From Promethearchaeum syntrophicum (GTDB lineage Archaea; Asgardarchaeota; Lokiarchaeia; Sigyniarchaeales; Promethearchaeaceae), in NCBI RefSeq assembly GCF_008000775.2, contig NZ_CP042905.2, positions 3,600,001 to 3,632,000 on the forward strand: a stretch of DNA of 32,000 bases, given 5' to 3'. How positions within the stretch are numbered: the stretch's first letter is position 1; every line of letters begins with the position of its first letter. Position numbers and translations under genes: made by a program. Under the pieces are notes generated by a model. The model saw nothing but the letters and a program-made list of their open reading frames with translations, did not search any database and was not told where the DNA came from. Below are positions 26,564-32,000 of the stretch, in pieces.

Positions 26564-26989
26564 TTAAACTCGTGTGTTTTTGATTTCATAACCACAATGA
26601 CTACAAAAATAAACGGACAAATTTTCTATATTTCTATCTATCTCACTTCCACATTGTAGACAGTATTTCTGATTTCTTCGTATTGTGGTTGGTTTTGGTT
26701 CTGAAGGAGATTGTGCCCTTCTTTGTACGTAATGTTGTGTTCTCCCCCTAGATCGAGCCCTAGAAGCCGAAGAAATTGCCCCTATCACACTTATCATAAT
26801 TATTACCAAATATATCATAGGAAAACTAAAAACACTCGACCTACCAATGAAGAAGAATATTCCGAGAAAGAATAATATACTCGTTATAGAAGATATAATC
26901 AAAAAATTTCTTTGCCTTGGTTGAGAATTTCCATCATTTTCATTTTCTTCCTGATTTTGGGAAGCTATAATCGGTGTCATCCATGCCAT
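26564..26989 (-). CDS. Membrane protein with C-terminal zinc-ribbon; its N-terminal peptide is shared with the 509-aa paralogues
   Basis: MAWMTPIIASQNQEENEN..., two TM segments, C-terminal CLQCG-x16-CSHCG. Confidence 0.6.
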   Translation of the reverse strand: MAWMTPIIASQNQEENENDGNSQPRQRNFLIISSITSILFFLGIFFFIGRSSVFSFPMIYLVIIMISVIGAISSASRARSRGRTQHYVQRRAQSPSEPKPTTIRRNQKYCLQCGSEIDRNIENLSVYFCSHCGYEIKNTRV

Positions 26990-27047
26990 TATAATTTAAA
27001 TAAGCGAATTTAGGAATAAAAAAAAAATCCATAATATTCTAGTACTA

Positions 27048-27077
27048 CCATATGCAACCATATGAAAGGTCCATATT
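27048..27077. promoter_or_regulatory. CCATATG repeat array upstream of the 26989 gene
   Basis: CCATATG at 27048 and 27058 (10-bp spacing), and CCATATT at 27071. Lies 59-88 nt upstream of the minus-strand ATG. Confidence 0.45.
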
Positions 27078-27117
27078 AAAAATTAAATAAGAATTCAAAT
27101 GAACTTAAGTGATAACG

Positions 27118-27795
27118 ATGAACTTAGGATTTGTAAGATTTAAAAGGAAAAAATACAGGGTAAAACGTGCTAATGATTTTATTACCGGTAAAAAGAGTAG
27201 ATTTCTAACAATAACTAATAAAAAAATCGAAGATATTTCTGAAATCGAAGGTTTAGATAAATTAACCGAACTCCAAGTGTTAAATTTAAGTAATAATAAC
27301 ATTTCCGAAATTCGTGGGCTGGATTCATTGATAAATTTGCATTCACTGATACTAGATGATAACTCTATTCATCAATTAAAAGGATTAGAACATAATTACA
27401 AGCTAAAATATTTATCCATCAATAAGAATAAATTAAGGGAAATTACTGGTCTTGAAAATCTAACCCAATTGCTTTATTTACAATTAATGGACAATGAAAT
27501 TTCAGCGATCTCAGGGTTAGAGACTTTGATTAATTTACAGGAATTATATTTGCGTAAAAATCATATTTCTAAAATCAGAGGCTTAGAAAAAGTAAGGTCA
27601 CTCAAAAAATTAAATTTAGAGAAAAATCAAATTCAAGATCTTGAGGGATTAGAGAATTTGGAAAATCTATTTTGGATTTTTTTGGGAAAAAATCCGGTTT
27701 TTAAAGAAGTAAAGAAGATTAGTAGAACATTTTTGGGATATGCTAAATATCCCCAACGACTTGTGAAATACTGTAAAGACAATCTTCAAAATTGA
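27118..27795 (+). CDS. Leucine-rich repeat protein, seven 22-aa SDS22-like repeats
   Basis: Regular L..L..L.L..N.I..I.GLe.L units: LTELQVLNLSNNNISEIRGLDS, LINLHSLILDDNSIHQLKGLEH, ... LRSLKKLNLEKNQIQDLEGLEN. The track start 27109 is GTG; ATG 27118 is used. Confidence 0.85.
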   Translation: MNLGFVRFKRKKYRVKRANDFITGKKSRFLTITNKKIEDISEIEGLDKLTELQVLNLSNNNISEIRGLDSLINLHSLILDDNSIHQLKGLEHNYKLKYLSINKNKLREITGLENLTQLLYLQLMDNEISAISGLETLINLQELYLRKNHISKIRGLEKVRSLKKLNLEKNQIQDLEGLENLENLFWIFLGKNPVFKEVKKISRTFLGYAKYPQRLVKYCKDNLQN

Positions 27796-28045
27796 AACTG
27801 AGAATAATTGAAAGATCCCATAATTCTTTGGGATTTTCTTTACTACTTTCTTCCAGAACTCACAATATTTCTTTTTCGAAATTCATGTTCACTAATTTCA
27901 CCTTAGTGGAAATAAAATCTATCAAAATCCGAACGATTTTAAATCCCATAAAATCCACGAGAATACACATATTCTTATTCATAAATGAGAGTATATCCTT
28001 GAATCAACCATATATTATCAAAATATAAGCCAAAAGTGAAAAAAT

Positions 28046-28096
28046 AACCGATATATTCTCGGTTAGTGGTCATCTGAACCTAAATGTTGATGACCA
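28046..28096 (-). terminator. Conserved double hairpin plus T-run downstream of membrane-protein paralogue A
   Basis: AACCGA (28046-51) / TCGGTT (28059-64) and TGGTCATC (28067-74) / GATGACCA (28089-96). On the minus strand these are followed by TTATTTTTTCACTTTT. Confidence 0.45.
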
Positions 28097-28132
28097 TAAC
28101 ATTGGGTTGATTACTTTTATTTGAAAAAAATA

Positions 28133-29662
28133 TTATTCTTCGACTAAATTTTTCTTTTTGTTTCTATATTCTCTAAACCACGGAATTGCTAATGTGATGG
28201 ATGTCAAGATCCCCATAAAAACAAGATAAAATTGTTGAAATAGTATGTATTTATTAAATTCACCAAAATACATATCTGGGATATTTTCATAAGTCCAATT
28301 GCTCAGTACTCTAATTAATATATTTGGAATGAATACAAATACATTTAGAAGCAGTGCTCCCAAATAAATATTTTTCTTGAATTTGTGTTCTATGAAAAGC
28401 AATCCGAAATTAATGATTCCAAGTATTATTATTGAGATCGTATAAAATGACCACCCATACATCCAAGACGGAATAATTCCAATTAACTCAATAAAATATA
28501 TCATTTTGAGATAATTGTCATCGTTACTCAGTTCTTCTTTTAAATTACTTGAATTTATGAACAATTGAATCAAAGCCATAACTTGGAACATAATAAACAC
28601 TATCCCACTAAAACTAAAAAGGATAGTAAGTTCTGCCCACCTGAAAGGAAAATAAAAAACAAAATCAGATATAGCAAATAAGCTTCCCGAAATAAATATT
28701 CCATAGAGAATTAATGGTAAATTAATTTTAATTTTGGATGCATTTCTATATTTTACAACGATGACACCAATCACTGCACTTAATATGGTAATAATTAGAA
28801 ATTGTGTGATAAAACTATAACCAACAAAAACGGACACAAAATTTCCTACAGTAAAATAGAAAGTGAAGAATAAAAGATTCAATTGATCTTTTTTAGATCC
28901 CGAAAGAAGGGAAACTCCAATTCCCAAACAACTGACTATGAATATCACCAAAAATAAAGCTTGAGGACTTTCTACAATTTTTGTCCCGAGATCAGTTTCT
29001 CTCCAATAAGTAAAAGAGAGGATTCCCAGAAAACAAAGATATTGAATACCAAATAAAATTACATTTTTACCTTTCTCTTGATCACGGGGTTTAAGGGACA
29101 GCCAAATAGAAATTATTGCAATAATGATGCTAATTGATAACAGAACATAAAAAATAATTTCGAAGGTATGATTGTATCCCCAAAGAATTCCTACAAGATG
29201 TGAAGTGAAAATTAGAATGATATCCAGAATTATTATTAGGATAGAAAAAATCATTGAAAACTTAATCTCCTTTCCAGCAACCGAGATGCGATATAAACTT
29301 GGTTCGGAGGATTTTTCACTTGTATCTTCCGCATTCATTCCTGATTTAATTTGAATATTTTTTTGTTCCTTTTTATTTATTCCAATGAGAAACACTATAA
29401 GAATTAAAATCAGGGTGACTGCCATTATAAAAGGAATAAAATCAGCTTGGAAAAAATCAGAGAAAAAATTTGAAATTATTCCCGAAATTGAATCAATTCC
29501 CATTGTACTTCCTAAATTATTCAATTTTACTGTAAGGTATGCAAAAAAAACATAGGGAATAAATATCATCAATAAAAATTGTAAATTTTTCTTAAATTGG
29601 ATTCTATTTTTTCCTTTTTCTTCCTGAGTTTGGGAAGCCAGTATGGGTGCTTTCGACGCCAT
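28133..29662 (-). CDS. Polytopic membrane protein of unknown function, paralogue A (~509 aa, at least 12 TM segments)
   Basis: Long hydrophobic ORF. The track start 29686 is TTG. ATG 29662 (MASKAPILASQTQEE...) is conserved in paralogue B and in the 26989 gene. Confidence 0.75.
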   Translation of the reverse strand: MASKAPILASQTQEEKGKNRIQFKKNLQFLLMIFIPYVFFAYLTVKLNNLGSTMGIDSISGIISNFFSDFFQADFIPFIMAVTLILILIVFLIGINKKEQKNIQIKSGMNAEDTSEKSSEPSLYRISVAGKEIKFSMIFSILIIILDIILIFTSHLVGILWGYNHTFEIIFYVLLSISIIIAIISIWLSLKPRDQEKGKNVILFGIQYLCFLGILSFTYWRETDLGTKIVESPQALFLVIFIVSCLGIGVSLLSGSKKDQLNLLFFTFYFTVGNFVSVFVGYSFITQFLIITILSAVIGVIVVKYRNASKIKINLPLILYGIFISGSLFAISDFVFYFPFRWAELTILFSFSGIVFIMFQVMALIQLFINSSNLKEELSNDDNYLKMIYFIELIGIIPSWMYGWSFYTISIIILGIINFGLLFIEHKFKKNIYLGALLLNVFVFIPNILIRVLSNWTYENIPDMYFGEFNKYILFQQFYLVFMGILTSITLAIPWFREYRNKKKNLVEE

Positions 29663-29706
29663 AAATGTATTAAATGAAAACGACAATATAGTTAGATCCC
29701 TTTATA

Positions 29707-29743
29707 TTCATATGACACCATATGATACCATATGATGCCTTAT
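29707..29743. promoter_or_regulatory. Four 10-bp-phased CATATGA-type palindromic repeats upstream of paralogue A
   Basis: CATATGA at 29707, 29717 and 29727, and CTTATGA at 29737. Lies 45-81 nt upstream of ATG 29662, just distal to a TATA-like AATATAAA. Confidence 0.5.
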
Positions 29744-29863
29744 GATTTTTCATTGATTTTTTCAATTTTATTTTTATGAAATTCCTTCTTGGTTTTTTCT
29801 GCTAAATGGGGGGAGAATAAATGGTAAAGCTATCCAATAGAATGGAATAAGACACAGTTCAAC
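29738..29863 (-). pseudogene. Fragment of the MFS gene 3' end (duplication junction, left side)
   Basis: About 85% identical to 31701..31823, with a 1-nt indel in the G-run (gggggg versus ggggg). Confidence 0.7.
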
Positions 29864-29936
29864 AAGCAAAGAAGATTAGCAGAATCTTCATGGGATTTCC
29901 TAAATATCCTTAAAGACTTGTGAAATATTGTAGAAC
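29864..29936 (+). pseudogene. Fragment of the LRR gene 3' end (duplication junction, right side)
   Basis: aagcaaagaagattagcagaatcttcatgggatttcctaaatatccttaaagacttgtgaaatattgtag aligns with 27707..27779 of the LRR gene. It contains an in-frame stop. Confidence 0.65.
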
Positions 29937-30008
29937 CAAAGCACATTATGAATGAATGTGGTTAAATCAACAAGAAATTATCATCCCATAAGCAAAAAGT
30001 GAAAAAAA

Positions 30009-30058
30009 ACCGAGTTATTCTCGGTCAGTGGTCATCTGGACCTCAAAGCAGATGATCA
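30009..30058 (-). terminator. Conserved double hairpin downstream of membrane-protein paralogue B
   Basis: ACCGAG (30009-14) / CTCGGT (30020-25) and TGGTCATCTG (30029-38) / CAGATGATCA (30049-58, one G-U pair). Confidence 0.45.
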
Positions 30059-30096
30059 TAGCATCGGGTTAATTACTTCTATCTGTAAAAAAAATA

Positions 30097-31623
30097 TTAT
30101 TCTTCGACTAGATTTTTCTTTTTGTTTCTATATTCTTTAAACCACGGAATTGCTAATGTGATGGATGTCAAAATCCCCATAATAACAATATAAAATGGTT
30201 GATATTCTACGTATTCGTATCCACTAAGGTCACTTTCATAGATCCAATTGCTCAATAATATAATTAATATATTTGTAATGAATACAATTAAATTAAGAAG
30301 CAACGCTCCCAAATTAATATTTTTCTTGAATTTATGTTCCGTGAAAAGTAATCCGAAATTAAGGATTCCGAGTATTATTATTGAGATCGTATAAATTGAC
30401 CACCCTTCCATCCAAGACGGAAAAATTCCAATTAACTCAATAAAATATAACATTTTAAGATAATTGTCATCGTTACTCAGTTCTTCTTTTAAATTACTTG
30501 AATTTATGAACAATTGAATCAAAGCCATAGCTTGGAACACAATAAACACAATCCCAATAAAAATAAAATGGATGGTAAGTTCTGCACTCCTGAAAGAACT
30601 TCCTAAAATAAATTCATAGATAGCAAAAGAGCTTCCCGAAATAATTAATCCATAGAGAATTAGCGGTAAATTAATTTTAATTTTGGAATTATTTTTATAC
30701 TTAATAACAATGAAACCAATCACTGCACTTAATATGCTAAAAATTAGAAATTGTTTAATATACAGTAAACCGGCATTATATCCAAAAACGGACACAAAAT
30801 TTCCTACTGTAAAATAGAAACTGAAGAATAAAATATTCAATTGATCTTTCTTAGATCCCGAAAGAAGGGAAACTCCAATTCCCAGACAACTGACTACAAA
30901 TATCACCAAAAATAATAATTGAGGACTTTCTACTATTTTTATTCCATTACCGAAACCAGTTTCACTCCAATAAGTTAAAGAGAGAATTACCAGAAAACAA
31001 AGATATTGAATTCCAAATAAAATTAAATTTTTACCTTTCTCTTGCTCACGGGGTTTAAGAGAGAGCCAAATAGAAATTATTGCAATAATGATGCTAATTG
31101 ATAGCAGAATATAAAAAATAATTTCGGAAGTTTGATTATATCCCCAAAGAATTCCTACAAGATGTGCAGTGAACATTAGAATGATATCCAGAATCAATAT
31201 TATTATAGAAAAAATCAGCGAAAACTTAATCTCCTTTCCAGCAACCGAGATGCGATATAAAATTGGTTCGGCGGATTTTTCACTTGTTTCTTCCGCCTTC
31301 ATTCCCGATTTAAATTGATTTTTTTTATGTTCCTTTTTACTTATTACAATGATAAACGCTATAAGAATTAAAATCATGGTGACTGCAATTATATAAGGAA
31401 GGAAATCAGCTTGGAAAATATCAGAGAAAAATCTTGAAATAATTTCCCAAAATGAATCAACTCCCAGTCTATATCCTATATATTTCAATTTTAATGAGAA
31501 GTATGCTAGAAAAACATAGGGAATAAATATCATCAAAAAAATGTGTAAATTGTTCTTAAATTGAATTTTTGTTTCATTTTCTTCCGAAGTGTGGGAAGCC
31601 AGTATGGGTGCTTTCGACGCCAT
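30097..31623 (-). CDS. Polytopic membrane protein of unknown function, paralogue B (~508 aa)
   Basis: Roughly 80% aa identity by eye to paralogue A. ATG 31623 (MASKAPILASHTSEE...) is preferred over the TTG at 31647. Confidence 0.75.
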   Translation of the reverse strand: MASKAPILASHTSEENETKIQFKNNLHIFLMIFIPYVFLAYFSLKLKYIGYRLGVDSFWEIISRFFSDIFQADFLPYIIAVTMILILIAFIIVISKKEHKKNQFKSGMKAEETSEKSAEPILYRISVAGKEIKFSLIFSIIILILDIILMFTAHLVGILWGYNQTSEIIFYILLSISIIIAIISIWLSLKPREQEKGKNLILFGIQYLCFLVILSLTYWSETGFGNGIKIVESPQLLFLVIFVVSCLGIGVSLLSGSKKDQLNILFFSFYFTVGNFVSVFGYNAGLLYIKQFLIFSILSAVIGFIVIKYKNNSKIKINLPLILYGLIISGSSFAIYEFILGSSFRSAELTIHFIFIGIVFIVFQAMALIQLFINSSNLKEELSNDDNYLKMLYFIELIGIFPSWMEGWSIYTISIIILGILNFGLLFTEHKFKKNINLGALLLNLIVFITNILIILLSNWIYESDLSGYEYVEYQPFYIVIMGILTSITLAIPWFKEYRNKKKNLVEE

Positions 31624-31669
31624 AAATGTGATAAACGAAAACGACAATATAGTTAGATCCCTTCATATT

Positions 31670-31706
31670 CATATGATACCATATGTCACCATATGATGCC
31701 TTATGA
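31670..31706. promoter_or_regulatory. Four 10-bp-phased CATATG-type repeats upstream of paralogue B
   Basis: CATATGA at 31670, CATATGT at 31680, CATATGA at 31690, CTTATGA at 31700. The last repeat contains the MFS stop codon (31701-31703). Confidence 0.5.
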
Positions 31707-32000
31707 TTTTTCATTTGTTTTTTCTATTTTATCATTATGAAGTTCTTTCTTGGTTTTTTCTGCTAAATGGGGGAGAATAAAGGTTACAGCAATCCAATAG
31801 AAAGGGATTAGACATAACTCAACATATATAGAAATCAGGAAGGGTGCTGTGGGATCAATTTTATCCCATGCTAAGCCGCCAAAAAGAGGTCCAGCAATAT
31901 TACCAATATTAATGAATAATTTTTGAAGACCAAAGATTTTTCCTCTATTATTTATAGAAATCCTGCTAAGTAGATTTTGCACTGAGAGCCCAGCAACGGA
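31701..32000 (-). CDS. MFS-type transporter, C-terminal part (gene continues beyond the window end)
   Basis: The open frame runs to the window edge. GLQKLFINIGNIAGPLFGGLAW resembles the MFS TM11-12 region. Partial. Confidence 0.6.
   Translation of the reverse strand, partial: SVAGLSVQNLLSRISINNRGKIFGLQKLFINIGNIAGPLFGGLAWDKIDPTAPFLISIYVELCLIPFYWIAVTFILPHLAEKTKKELHNDKIEKTNEKS

Larger units (their letters stand above)
27707..29863. repeat. Tandem duplication, unit 1 (LRR 3' end, intergenic, membrane gene, CATATG array, MFS 3'-end fragment)
   Basis: Collinear with 29864..31823 at roughly 80-85% identity. It carries ~190 bp extra at about 27800-28020. Confidence 0.8.
29864..31823. repeat. Tandem duplication, unit 2
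   Basis: Collinear with 27707..29863 and ends inside the intact MFS gene. Confidence 0.8.

Noticed and set aside
27792-28028. 78-aa plus-strand ORF immediately after the LRR gene
   Set aside because: It has a non-ATG start and low-complexity sequence. It lies in the segment that is missing from the second duplication unit. No support as a gene.
1-32000. Scan for CRISPR arrays, tRNA/rRNA genes, transposases or integrases, and long terminal inverted repeats
   Set aside because: I found no regularly spaced 25-40-bp repeats, no cloverleaf-compatible GC-rich segments, and no ORF with DDE, tyrosine- or serine-recombinase motifs. Detection by eye is imperfect, so tRNAscan or Infernal should confirm.

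Overview
This is an AT-rich (roughly 30% GC by eye), gene-dense chromosomal fragment. It is most plausibly from an Asgard (Lokiarchaeia-like) archaeon; that assignment is an inference from gene content. The window combines three kinds of genes. Archaeal-type genes include a geranylgeranyl reductase and a split ComDE-type sulfopyruvate/phosphonopyruvate decarboxylase. Eukaryote-signature-type genes include an Arf-family small GTPase with WDFGGQ and an SDS22-type 22-aa LRR protein. A bacterial-type anaerobic glycerol-3-phosphate dehydrogenase GlpAB is also present. I count about 33 protein genes. I recognised no rRNA, tRNA, CRISPR array, transposase or integrase. Main hunt results follow. (1) The ORF track truncates a gene at 23109..23612. 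Read in full it is a Prx-like2/AhpC-TSA redoxin in which both cysteines of the CxxC motif are TGA codons. This makes it a candidate UxxU (diselenide) selenoprotein, and two hairpins lie in its 3' UTR. (2) Two toxin-antitoxin cassettes (vapBC, mntA-hepT) and a secreted C45-like peptidase gene are each bracketed by diverged direct repeats made of the 3' end of the neighbouring gene. This is a recurring cassette-insertion footprint with no recombinase in the window. (3) A ~2-kb tandem duplication (27707..31823) copies a ~509-aa polytopic membrane protein gene, and its LRR/MFS junction is readable. (4) Three genes share a 5' module: a 10-bp-phased CATATG palindrome array plus a conserved N-terminal peptide MA..PI.ASQ.QEE. 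All family calls come from motif recognition by eye. No database searches or folding calculations were run.
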